The position numbers were made by a program, and so were the translations under genes. 64,000 nucleotides of DNA from Candidatus Onthovivens sp. (lineage in GTDB: Bacteria > Bacillota_I > Bacilli_A > RFN20 > CAG-826), in assembly GCA_035270825.1 (NCBI GenBank), contig DATESL010000004.1:118854-182853 (forward strand). The letters are read 5' to 3'. Position 1 is the stretch's first letter. Every line of letters starts with the position of its first letter. The notes under the pieces are model-generated. The model was not told where the DNA came from. It was given only the letters and a program-made list of their open reading frames with translations, and did not search any database. Shown piece by piece: positions 55,925 to 64,000 of this stretch.

Positions 55925-57436
55925 TTAAAGAGCAGTTTCTTTTAAAAGTTCTTCATGAGTTAAAGTAGCTAATTTCATAACTTTTGCTAAATCTAACCCT
56001 AAAGCTTCACAAAGACGAGTTCCATATTCCTTAGTTGCTAAGTAGCAATGTGCTAGGTGACGATATTTAATCTTTTCCTTAACCCCATTCATATTACGGG
56101 CAGTATTTTCAATTAAAAGAGCTTTTTTATCTTCACTCATTAAATTAAATAATAACCCGGCTTGTTCAAATGGATGATCAGTAGGATCATCTTTTGGATC
56201 AAAAGCCCAAACAACTCCCTCTAATTCCAGTGCTGGTTCCATTACCTCTGGCGTCGCCATCCATTCATTATATCCATTAGGAGTATAAGCAACTTTAGCA
56301 CCAAAATTACCATCTGTGCGCATATATCCATCACGACTATTGTCATTAACTGGAACTTTTGCCTTGTTAACTGGAATATGATTATAGTTAACTCCTAAAC
56401 GGTAACGTTGAGCATCTCCATAAGAAAACATTCTGGCTTGAAGGAATTTATCTGGTGAAAAACCAATTCCTGGAACAACGTGAGCAGGAGAGAAACCAGC
56501 TTGTTCAACTTCGGCAAAGTAGTTTTCAGGATTACGGTTAAACTCTAAAATCCCAACTTCAATTAATGGGAAGTCTTTATGATACCAAACCTTTGTAATA
56601 TCAAAGGGATTATATGGCATCTTTTTAGCTTCTGCTTCACTCATTACTTGAATACAAAGTTTCCATCTTGGGAATTCTTTTCTTTCAATAGCAGTGAATA
56701 AATCTCTTCCATGATAATCGCGGTCTTGACCTGCAATTTTTCCAGCTTCTTCATCCGTTAAATTTTTAATACCTTGCATTGTTTTAAAATGGAATTTAAC
56801 CCAAACACGTTTATTCTCCTTATTAATTAAAGAATAAGTATGAGAACCAAACATATCCATATTTCTTAAAGTAGCAGGAATCCCTCGATCTGACATTGTA
56901 ATTGTAATTTGGTGAAGAGCCTCAGGTAGCATTGTCCAAAAATCCCAGTTATTATTTGGATCTCTCATTCCAGAGCGTGGATCTCTTTTAACAGCTCGAT
57001 TTAAACCAACAAAATTATGAGCATCTCTAAGGAAAAAGACTGGAGTATTATTACCAACTAAATCCCAGTTTCCCTCACTTGTATAGAATTTAAGGGCACA
57101 TCCACGGATATCTCGCTCTGTATCAGCGGCTCCTCTTTCTCCAGCAACTGTTGATAAACGAGCAAAACATTCAGTAACAGTTCCTTTTTGTAAAACAGCA
57201 GCTTTAGTGTATTTAGAGATATCCTTAGTAATTGTTAAATGACCATAAACTCCCCACCCCTTAGCATGCATTCTTCTTTCAGGAATAACCTCACGGTTAA
57301 AGTGAGCCATCTTTTCAAATAACCAAACATCATTAAAAGTGGCTGGTCCTCTTTCTCCAGCGATAATAGTATTTTCATTATCTCCTACTAAGGCTCCAAC
57401 TTCGTTAGTTATCCTAACTTTCTTTTTTTCATCCAT
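55925..57436 (-). CDS. katA: Monofunctional haem catalase
   Basis: Motifs [34 protein letters not shown], and the proximal Tyr region [14 protein letters not shown]. 503 aa. Confidence 0.95.
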   Translation of the reverse strand: MDEKKKVRITNEVGALVGDNENTIIAGERGPATFNDVWLFEKMAHFNREVIPERRMHAKGWGVYGHLTITKDISKYTKAAVLQKGTVTECFARLSTVAGERGAADTERDIRGCALKFYTSEGNWDLVGNNTPVFFLRDAHNFVGLNRAVKRDPRSGMRDPNNNWDFWTMLPEALHQITITMSDRGIPATLRNMDMFGSHTYSLINKENKRVWVKFHFKTMQGIKNLTDEEAGKIAGQDRDYHGRDLFTAIERKEFPRWKLCIQVMSEAEAKKMPYNPFDITKVWYHKDFPLIEVGILEFNRNPENYFAEVEQAGFSPAHVVPGIGFSPDKFLQARMFSYGDAQRYRLGVNYNHIPVNKAKVPVNDNSRDGYMRTDGNFGAKVAYTPNGYNEWMATPEVMEPALELEGVVWAFDPKDDPTDHPFEQAGLLFNLMSEDKKALLIENTARNMNGVKEKIKYRHLAHCYLATKEYGTRLCEALGLDLAKVMKLATLTHEELLKETAL

Positions 57437-57678
57437 TATTTATTCTCCTTAAATATATTTTTATAATAAAATAAATTTATTATATTGAATCTTATTTATA
57501 ATTATAGGAATAATATTTGTCCTAGCATAGTTATATGCTTAAAAAGTTTATCTATTTATATTATAACTGATTGGAAGATTTATAGATATTAAATATAAAT
57601 TAAGATTTAATAAATTGCATTTATAGATTTTCCTATATTCAGCTTATTTTAACATACAAAAGATAACATAAAGTTAAC

Positions 57679-58638
57679 CTATTTAATCAATTCTATTAAA
57701 TCTCCATATCCTTCTTTTTCCATCTCTTCAAGAGGAATAAACCTCAAAGATGCACCATTAATACAATAGCGAACTCCATTAGGCGATTCTAAATCATTTA
57801 AAAAAACATGTCCTAAATGCGAATCTCCTTTACGGCTACGAACTTCAGTTCTAATCATTTGATGACTATCATCTTCTTTTTTAATAACAACTGTTTCTTC
57901 AAGTGGTTTGGAAAAACTTGGCCATCCACAACTACTTAAGTATTTATCACTTGAGGAAAATAATGGTTCACCAGTAACTATATCAACATAAATCCCCAAT
58001 TTATTAAAATCATAATATTTACTAGTAAATGGTCTTTCAGTCCCATTATTTTGAGTAACCTCATAAGATACCTTATCAAGTTCTTCCTTTATTTTTTCAT
58101 TCTCTGGTCTGACATATTTACTTGGATCAATTTTAGAATTAGCAAATAGATCAATTGCCTCTTTTGGAATATGACAATATCCTTGAGGATTTTTATCTAA
58201 ATATTTTTGATGATATTCTTCAGCTGCTACAAAGTTTTCAAGTTTTGAAAACTCAATAAAAAACTTCTGATATCTTCTTTTTTCAAGTTCTAAATATTTT
58301 TTAATTACCTCCTTACTTTTATCATCTATATAATATATACCTGCTTGATATTGGCTTCCAATATCATTTCCTTGACGATTTCTTTGTTCAGGATGAACAA
58401 CATAAAAATAAGCTGAAAGTAAAAATTCTAAGCTTACAATGCTAGAATCATAACTTACTTCAACTGTCTCTTTAAAATTAGTATCGCCTTTAGAGACTTC
58501 ATTATAGTTTGCTCTTGAAAGATCAGTTCCATTAGCATAGCCACTAATAGCACTACTAACTCCTTTAATTGAACTCATTAAGTGTTCAATCCCCCAAAAG
58601 CAACCTCCAGCTAGATAGACTTTATTCATATTACTCAT
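57679..58638 (-). CDS. msrAB: Bifunctional methionine sulfoxide reductase MsrA-MsrB fusion
   Basis: MsrA motif GGCFWG at the N-terminus; MsrB motifs CGWPSF and RYCINGASLRF at the C-terminus. I chose the start at 58638 (MSNMNKV), with GAGG upstream. Confidence 0.92.
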   Translation of the reverse strand: MSNMNKVYLAGGCFWGIEHLMSSIKGVSSAISGYANGTDLSRANYNEVSKGDTNFKETVEVSYDSSIVSLEFLLSAYFYVVHPEQRNRQGNDIGSQYQAGIYYIDDKSKEVIKKYLELEKRRYQKFFIEFSKLENFVAAEEYHQKYLDKNPQGYCHIPKEAIDLFANSKIDPSKYVRPENEKIKEELDKVSYEVTQNNGTERPFTSKYYDFNKLGIYVDIVTGEPLFSSSDKYLSSCGWPSFSKPLEETVVIKKEDDSHQMIRTEVRSRKGDSHLGHVFLNDLESPNGVRYCINGASLRFIPLEEMEKEGYGDLIELIK

Positions 58639-58823
58639 AATTTTACCTCTTATATAGAATAACACTTTTTGTTTATTCTATATAAGAAACGCTTTGAGAA
58701 TAGAATTATTCCAATCTTACTGACATATTTTCATAAAAATCGTTGGACTGTGCCTTTGGAACATTCTCACCAAATAAAATACTTTCGCCTTTTGCATGTT
58801 ATGGTAGGTGGTGGACACTTTTT

Positions 58824-59294
58824 TTACATTATAATTTTGGTATCAAAATACTTTTCTTGAAATTGAGTTTTCTTTTCAATTTCTTCTTTAGTAAGTGGGT
58901 AATTTTTATCACACACTACTAGTTTATCTTCAACATCATCATTTCTTATAATTATAGCTTTTACGATCCCTTCAAAATAATCCAAAGGTTCATTAACTCC
59001 GATTATATAAGCATCTTGTTCTTCATCATCTCTAGCTATAGTGTTTGGTAAAAAACCATAATTAACATTATATTTTATATCTTTATATTTTGGATGAATT
59101 GAACCAAGTGGTCTCTCAACTTTAACAAATACTTTTCTTCCCAAATAATCGATAATATTCATATTATCAAAAATTACCGATTTAACTTTTAATATAGATT
59201 TCTCCTTACAGTTTATCTTGTTTTTATCTCTATGAGTTTCATCGTGCTTATCTGCTTTTTTGTATGCAATTTTATTTGTATCTTTAAATATCAT
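58824..59294 (-). CDS. Inorganic pyrophosphatase-like small protein with a Lys-rich N-terminal extension
   Basis: The core VERPLGSIHPKYKDIKYNVNYGFLPNTIARDDEEQDAYIIG resembles the short PPase-like family. AGGAGG lies upstream of the ATG at 59294, which supports the long form. Confidence 0.6.
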   Translation of the reverse strand: MIFKDTNKIAYKKADKHDETHRDKNKINCKEKSILKVKSVIFDNMNIIDYLGRKVFVKVERPLGSIHPKYKDIKYNVNYGFLPNTIARDDEEQDAYIIGVNEPLDYFEGIVKAIIIRNDDVEDKLVVCDKNYPLTKEEIEKKTQFQEKYFDTKIIM

Positions 59295-59732
59295 AAAGCA
59301 TCCTCCTTAAACTATTAAAATGCACCAACATCATTAGTTTCAGCTTTCATAAAAATATTCTGAGATTTAAAACTTTCCTAAACACAAGACATAGTTTCTA
59401 AGCTCCTATTTAAGTCGTATTTAGATATTTATTAAGATATTTAAGTTTATCATAAAATAATTCAATTATTTATCATAAATTATTTTCGTTTTCAAATTGT
59501 ATAAAAAAGACAAATAAAAAAGTAACGGCAGCAAAACCAACTTAATGGCCAGCCAGCGTTATTATTTCTAATCACGCGCCTATTACTTTCTTATTAACTT
59601 AATCAGTTTAAATCATATTTGTCAATAAAACTTATTATAGATGCTATTTTATTTATGATATTATTGTAACAAATAGAAAAGTTTTGATAAATATGAATTT
59701 TTCATCAAGAAAGACTTTAAAACATAAATACT

Positions 59733-60962
59733 TTATTCAAAAACTAAAGAACCGTTATAATAAGCCTCAAAATCCTCTTCAACTAGAACAATGATTCCAT
59801 TTGCTAATTTATAACTGCCATTTGTCGAAATAGTATATCCAAAATTTCTACTTTCTACAAATGCATTATCATTTTCTAAATCAACCAAGTAACCACATTC
59901 AATACAATTACGGTATCTTCCAGTATCTGATGCACTAACAACATGTCCAGCTTTAATAGTTCTAACTACACCACAATTACATTTCTCAATATGTTTTGTA
60001 TTGTCATATTGAATCCATTGGTCGTTGTAGTGTGTATGAATTCCGCATCCACAATAGCGAAGTCCATTAATTATGTAATTATTAGAATGAGTTTCAGGAA
60101 TACTAGAAAAATTCAAAACTCCTACTTCTGCTATATAATACTTTTTATCACTAAGAAGTGTGTCATTTTCCGAACGATAAGTTCCATTATTTATATGAAT
60201 GCCTTTCTCATCGTAATAATAAGCAACTACTGAGTTATAATATTCTTTTGTATCGCCGGGATTGAGCCCGTAAACATGTAACATTACTGGATGTCCACTA
60301 TCTAATATAGATTTGACATATTGATCAAAACCATTAACAACATCACTATGTTTGTAGTTATCTTGCCCAAAGGATTTACTATCTTTAAAACTAAATTTTC
60401 TTTTATTTAATCCATATAATGAATCTAGCAATATGTTGTAGCTTCTCATATGAATAGAATCTAAATAAGTGTCTTTATAATTGTAATATTCATTATATAT
60501 ATTCATTAGATGCATCTGAAAATCATTATGCTTATTATCATTTATAAAATCTCTTAAAGAGATATCATCATGAATGTAATTTTGTCTTAAAACTCCTGGT
60601 GAATTTGCAATAGCAGCATTAAAACTATAAACATTTCCCTGACTTCTTTCATAAACATCTCTAATCATACTATCGTTCAAAAAGGTATCATAATAGGATA
60701 AATATTGAATAAAAGAGACGTATCCACAAGAATACCTAGAATTCATTGGTGAATAACTTGCAAAATTTTGAAAATAACTTTTCATGGAAAAATTCATAAG
60801 AGAGGGATTAATCGCTTTATTATGATCTAAAGAATTATTATGTATGCCTTTATTAATAGCTTCACTATCTGCTCCTGGAGACAAAGATTTTTCTTGAACA
60901 TTAAAAGTATCATGTTGATAAGAAGAAACGCAACATAAAGTAAATACCGCAACAAGACTCAT
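59733..60962 (-). CDS. Predicted lipoprotein with a possible papain-fold (C39-like) cysteine peptidase domain and a C-terminal Cys/His cluster; function unknown
   Basis: Lipobox-like FTLCC. YSCGYVSFIQYLSYYD (candidate nucleophile) and GHPVMLHVYG. The C-terminus reads YCGCGIHTH...HIEKCNCG...NCIECG. Confidence 0.35.
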   Translation of the reverse strand: MSLVAVFTLCCVSSYQHDTFNVQEKSLSPGADSEAINKGIHNNSLDHNKAINPSLMNFSMKSYFQNFASYSPMNSRYSCGYVSFIQYLSYYDTFLNDSMIRDVYERSQGNVYSFNAAIANSPGVLRQNYIHDDISLRDFINDNKHNDFQMHLMNIYNEYYNYKDTYLDSIHMRSYNILLDSLYGLNKRKFSFKDSKSFGQDNYKHSDVVNGFDQYVKSILDSGHPVMLHVYGLNPGDTKEYYNSVVAYYYDEKGIHINNGTYRSENDTLLSDKKYYIAEVGVLNFSSIPETHSNNYIINGLRYCGCGIHTHYNDQWIQYDNTKHIEKCNCGVVRTIKAGHVVSASDTGRYRNCIECGYLVDLENDNAFVESRNFGYTISTNGSYKLANGIIVLVEEDFEAYYNGSLVFE

Positions 60963-60967
60963 TAACT

Positions 60968-62089
60968 TTAATATTTTCTTTTTCTTGAATTTATCGCTCC
61001 CTCAGCTCTTTTTTTTATAATCTTAACTACTTGTTCATAATCATAAAATCCCATTTGAAAAAATTCATAGATTTCATCACTTACTTCAATAAAGGCTTTT
61101 TTAAAATCTTCTTTATGACTAGTAAAAACATCAAAATAAGGTATAGGATATATCTGATCAGCAAATAAATCTGGGTCCTCGTATTCAAGAGGATCATATA
61201 AATATCTAGGCAATACTATTAAATCTCTGGTTGCGTTTTTTATAACTCGAGCACTGCAAGCTCTCCCGTTTTCATTCACGAGACCAATTTTAGGACAAGA
61301 AAAAACACTTTTATCTTCATATTCACTACCAAAAGCATCAATTCTTAAACCTTGGAGTTGAAACATTTGATTCAATCGGATTTGGTTACTTCTTTCGGGA
61401 GATTCAAATTCATAAAACGTTGGAAATGAATTCTCATTTTTAAAAATTAATTCATAACGATTATAAATATGTATGTCTTTATTAATAATTTTATTCTGTG
61501 TGATATTTTCTAAAATAGTAGCTCTTTTACGCTTTGCACACATTGCTAATTGGAAATCACCAATCTGATATTTAATATCTTCAAGATCCTTAGCTACATA
61601 ATATTTAATGCCATCTTTTGAAATTTCTTTTGCCCTTTTAAATGCATAGTAGTGTTTACCATCAATAATAGAATCATCCTTATAAGGGCCAAAGTGATAA
61701 TTTTCTGCAAGATAACTACTTGAAGTATATTCCTCTTCCATCTCTCTAATTTGTTCACGATTACTTTCAATTACATCTGCTCTAAGATACACTAAATAAA
61801 ACTCTTCTTCAATTTCTTGATAGTCTGTTAAATAAGTTCTGATAGATGTCTCATTATCAGGGGTGTAATCAATATAATAACCCCCATCCCAGAGATATCT
61901 AAAAGGTTGTCCAGCTCCAAAAGTATTTAGCATATAAGTCAAATCGACACTCTGAAGTCCATTAATGACATTAGGATCGGTGGTTTCTTTAAGAGAACCT
62001 AGATTATTAAAACAACTAGAAAGTCCAATGACCATAGTAAACAATAATAACACCTTATTTTTCTTATTGTTAAAGGATAGATTTTTCAT
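60968..62089 (-). CDS. Predicted lipoprotein, function unknown
   Basis: MKNLSFNNKKNKVLLLFTMVIGLSSC (lipobox LSSC). I chose the start at 62089, with AAGGGGA 6 nt upstream. Confidence 0.6.
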   Translation of the reverse strand: MKNLSFNNKKNKVLLLFTMVIGLSSCFNNLGSLKETTDPNVINGLQSVDLTYMLNTFGAGQPFRYLWDGGYYIDYTPDNETSIRTYLTDYQEIEEEFYLVYLRADVIESNREQIREMEEEYTSSSYLAENYHFGPYKDDSIIDGKHYYAFKRAKEISKDGIKYYVAKDLEDIKYQIGDFQLAMCAKRKRATILENITQNKIINKDIHIYNRYELIFKNENSFPTFYEFESPERSNQIRLNQMFQLQGLRIDAFGSEYEDKSVFSCPKIGLVNENGRACSARVIKNATRDLIVLPRYLYDPLEYEDPDLFADQIYPIPYFDVFTSHKEDFKKAFIEVSDEIYEFFQMGFYDYEQVVKIIKKRAEGAINSRKRKY

Positions 62090-62300
62090 ATATTCCCCTT
62101 CCATATTTTATATTATCAAATCAATCTAAATAGAAAGATAATTCAATTAAATATGTACATCTTATTTAAATTATGTTGGTTTTAAATATAAAAGCAATTG
62201 ATTTATCAACAGTAAAATCTAAGTTTTCTAAGTAAAAATCCTATAAGAAGAAATATGTAGTTCTTAGACTGATCTTCTACTTAAATAATCATTCATCTTC

Positions 62301-62331
62301 GGCTAAGTCTTATATATAGGGCTAAGTCTTA
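62301..62331. repeat. Two direct copies of ggctaagtcttat, 18 nt apart
   Basis: 62301-62313 and 62319-62331 are identical. They lie in the non-coding stretch next to the integrase remnant. Confidence 0.6.
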
Positions 62332-62472
62332 TCTATTGAATTTTTCGATTACAAAATCCTTGATCTTTCATATTTATTAACTTTATTCTTTTAACTAAAT
62401 AAAAAGGTTTGATAAATTCTTTAATTATATCAAACCTCTAACTTTTCAATATGGTGGAAATCAATCAATAGC

Positions 62473-62598
62473 GAGCTCTACATTGTAGGATTTGATGTGA
62501 AAGTTAAACAGCTTTTACTTGGCCATACAAGCGTTGAAGTCAACTTTGAACACTATGTTGATGATAGAACTTTAATGAAAAAAAGATCGAAATTTTAG
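62473..62598 (+). pseudogene. C-terminal remnant of a tyrosine recombinase (phage-type integrase)
   Basis: The frame reads ...ELYIVGFDVKVKQLLLGHTSVEVNFEHYVDDRTLMKKRSKF*. It matches the integrase C-terminal pattern G-x-D/x-I/V-x-x-V/I-Q/K-x-L-L-G-H-x-S-x-x-x-T/N-x-x-x-Y. There is no upstream catalytic R-H-R region and no start codon. Confidence 0.5.
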
Positions 62599-62700
62599 AG
62601 AAAATTATCTCTTAAATTCCGACCCATGAACAAAACCCACAGCAAATCCACCAAAAAAAACATTGATGGTGGGCTATAAATTAGTATGTCTGGTGGAGAT

Positions 62701-63057
62701 GCGGAGAGTCGAACTCCGGTCCATATATAGCCCCACAAAGAGCCCTACAGTTTAGTAAATATTATTTATTTAACGTTTTAATCAACATTTACAAACTTTG
62801 AACGCGAGATATTTAATGTTTTCATTGCTGACCTAATATCTAAGCCATCACCTATCTTCTTTTTTTACAAACGGTCTTACAATAAGAAGCTAACATGTAA
62901 GGGTTCGCGCACAACCTCTAAAGAGATTTTAATACTGCACTAAGCAGCAAATGCGAGGTTTAATTGTCTGTTGCCAGATAATTGATTGTTGGTGTTTAAC
63001 GCCACCACACGACTGCTCTCTAAGCCAAACTATATATGTCGAAACCATAACATCCCC
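62701..63057 (-). ncRNA. ssrA: tmRNA (SsrA)
   Basis: The reverse complement starts GGGGATGTTATGGTTTCGAC and ends GGACCGGAGTTCGACTCTCCGCATCTCCACCA (tRNA-Ala-like acceptor/T-arm). The tag frame GGC AAC AGA CAA TTA AAC CTC GCA TTT GCT GCT TAG gives GNRQLNLAFAA* (62940-62975). Confidence 0.92.
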
Positions 63058-63096
63058 AGTGTTAAAATATTATCTTATCTTGTACTTAAAGTCAAT

Positions 63097-64000
63097 TTAA
63101 CTCTTTAAAGATGAAAGATCTTTAGGGGGTTCTTTTTTAAATTTAATCGGACTTGTATAAATATAAATTATAGAGATGGTCGTTACGATTATTTCTGAGA
63201 GTGGTAAAGCAATCCATACTCCGTTTAAATCAAGAACTAAAGGTAAAAGATAAAGGAAAGCTCCACTTAAAATAATTGATCTTAAAAGAGCAATTAATAG
63301 CGACATCTTCCCGCGCATAATTGATTGTAAATAATAAGTTGATAAGACACTAATTCCTAAAAACGGAAAAAGTAGAAAATATGGACGAATAATTGAGGGA
63401 GCAATTATTAAAGTATCAGGAGTCTTACTAACATCAATAAATAATCTAACAATCCCCTCAGGAAATAACTCTCCAATCACCATAAAGATCACCCCAAAGA
63501 TAATGACTGTAATTAAACCTCTTCTCCAAAAACTTTTAATTCTCTTTTCTTGCATGGCACCATAGTTTGCTGAAACTAGTGGTTGAATAGCTTGACCAAC
63601 ACCGGCAAAAATTGCCTGAAATAGCATTGAAATAGTCCCAACCACTCCATAAACTGCTAATGCTGATTCCCCGCCATATTTCATAATTTGATTATTCATT
63701 ACAATTGCTAGAAAGATCGTTCCAAGTTCTAAAACACTCGCCCCAAAACCAATAATTAATATTTTATATAAGGCTTTAAGTGTTTTATGTGGTAAAACTA
63801 AACGTAATTTACATTTCTTCCTAAAGAAATGAGTACTCATAATAAGGATTTGAATAATTGTTCCACTAACTGTTGCTAGGGCCGCCCCCTCCATCCCCAT
63901 ATCAAGAGGAAATACTAAAAACCAATCTAAAAAGATATTAATACATCCTCCAATTATCACTGCCCACATCACTAGTTTAGGAGCTCCATCATTACGAATA
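63097..64000 (-). CDS. MATE-family efflux transporter. The C-terminal part is present; the N-terminus lies beyond the right window edge.
   Basis: Polytopic, with MATE-like segments (GMEGAALATV.., GFGASVLELG, GQAIQPLVSANYGA). The frame stays open to position 64000, so the ATG at 63972 is internal. Confidence 0.8.
   Translation of the reverse strand, partial: IRNDGAPKLVMWAVIIGGCINIFLDWFLVFPLDMGMEGAALATVSGTIIQILIMSTHFFRKKCKLRLVLPHKTLKALYKILIIGFGASVLELGTIFLAIVMNNQIMKYGGESALAVYGVVGTISMLFQAIFAGVGQAIQPLVSANYGAMQEKRIKSFWRRGLITVIIFGVIFMVIGELFPEGIVRLFIDVSKTPDTLIIAPSIIRPYFLLFPFLGISVLSTYYLQSIMRGKMSLLIALLRSIILSGAFLYLLPLVLDLNGVWIALPLSEIIVTTISIIYIYTSPIKFKKEPPKDLSSLKS

Noticed and set aside
58669-58860. 63-aa plus-strand ORF between msrAB and the PPase-like gene
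   Set aside because: It has no RBS, overlaps the 3' end of the PPase-like gene and has an implausible composition. It more likely reflects promoter or terminator DNA.
59521-59590. Locally GC-richer patch (…gtaacggcagcaaaaccaacttaatggccagccagcgtt…cacgcgcc…) in the 440-nt intergenic region; considered as a small RNA, riboswitch or att site
   Set aside because: I could only find a 4-bp complementary stem. There is no match to the ssrA 3' end and no convincing ORF. The evidence is insufficient without covariance-model or RNA-seq data.
62301-62331. Considered whether the direct repeats could be a CRISPR or tandem-repeat array
   Set aside because: There are only two copies of a 13-mer, with a 5-nt spacer. 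No further units or cas genes are present.
62658-62682. ccacca-N13-tggtgg inverted repeat just downstream of tmRNA; considered as the tmRNA terminator or a partial att duplication (tggtgg also begins the ssrA 3' end at 62701)
   Set aside because: The T run lies in the loop rather than after the stem, and the shared word is only 6-7 nt. This is not distinguishable from chance.

Overview
Visibly AT-rich chromosomal window from a low-GC Gram-positive-lineage bacterium, with Mollicutes/Erysipelotrichia-like gene content. ORFs of 800-1000 codons are intact under the standard code, so TGA is a stop here. Coding density is high. Coordinates of hairpins, motifs and revised starts were counted by hand and may be off by 1-2 nt.

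Layout from left to right:
- 1-13.9 kb: conserved Firmicute-type housekeeping block: ftsK, an RNase J-like gene, pnp, rpsO, ribF, rbfA, infB, ylxR, nusA, rimP.
- 14-19.7 kb: small-enzyme and membrane/lipid block: NUDIX, Gfo/Idh/MocA, YhhN, DUF1461 (Lit-like), AMP-dependent ligase, DUF1624, plus tRNA-Gly.
- 19.8-21.0 kb: decaying tandem duplication of a small gene cassette, next to tRNA-Glu and tRNA-Asn.
- 21.6-26.1 kb: compact seven-gene Tad/Flp-like type IV filament operon. It has a secretion ATPase, two platform paralogues, a TadE-like protein, a 73-aa pilin-like protein and two unknowns. This is my best candidate for the interesting system.
- 26-31.5 kb: gmk-like gene, two CNNM/CorC paralogues, tdk, prs, hpt.
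- 31.5-51 kb: large rhamnoside/glycoside utilisation locus: GH3 x2, GH2, GH78, a GPH transporter, rhaBAD and a DeoR regulator, with a recurring TGTTCA/TGAACA operator-like motif.
- 51-55.8 kb: an MBOAT flanked by two SGNH-like/BspA-LRR partner proteins.
- 55.9-59.3 kb: catalase, MsrAB and a PPase-like gene.
- 59.3-63.1 kb: likely remnant of an ssrA-integrated island, with two lipoprotein genes and an integrase C-terminal fragment abutting the tmRNA gene.
- Right edge: truncated MATE transporter.

No CRISPR array, rRNA or intact mobile element was seen.
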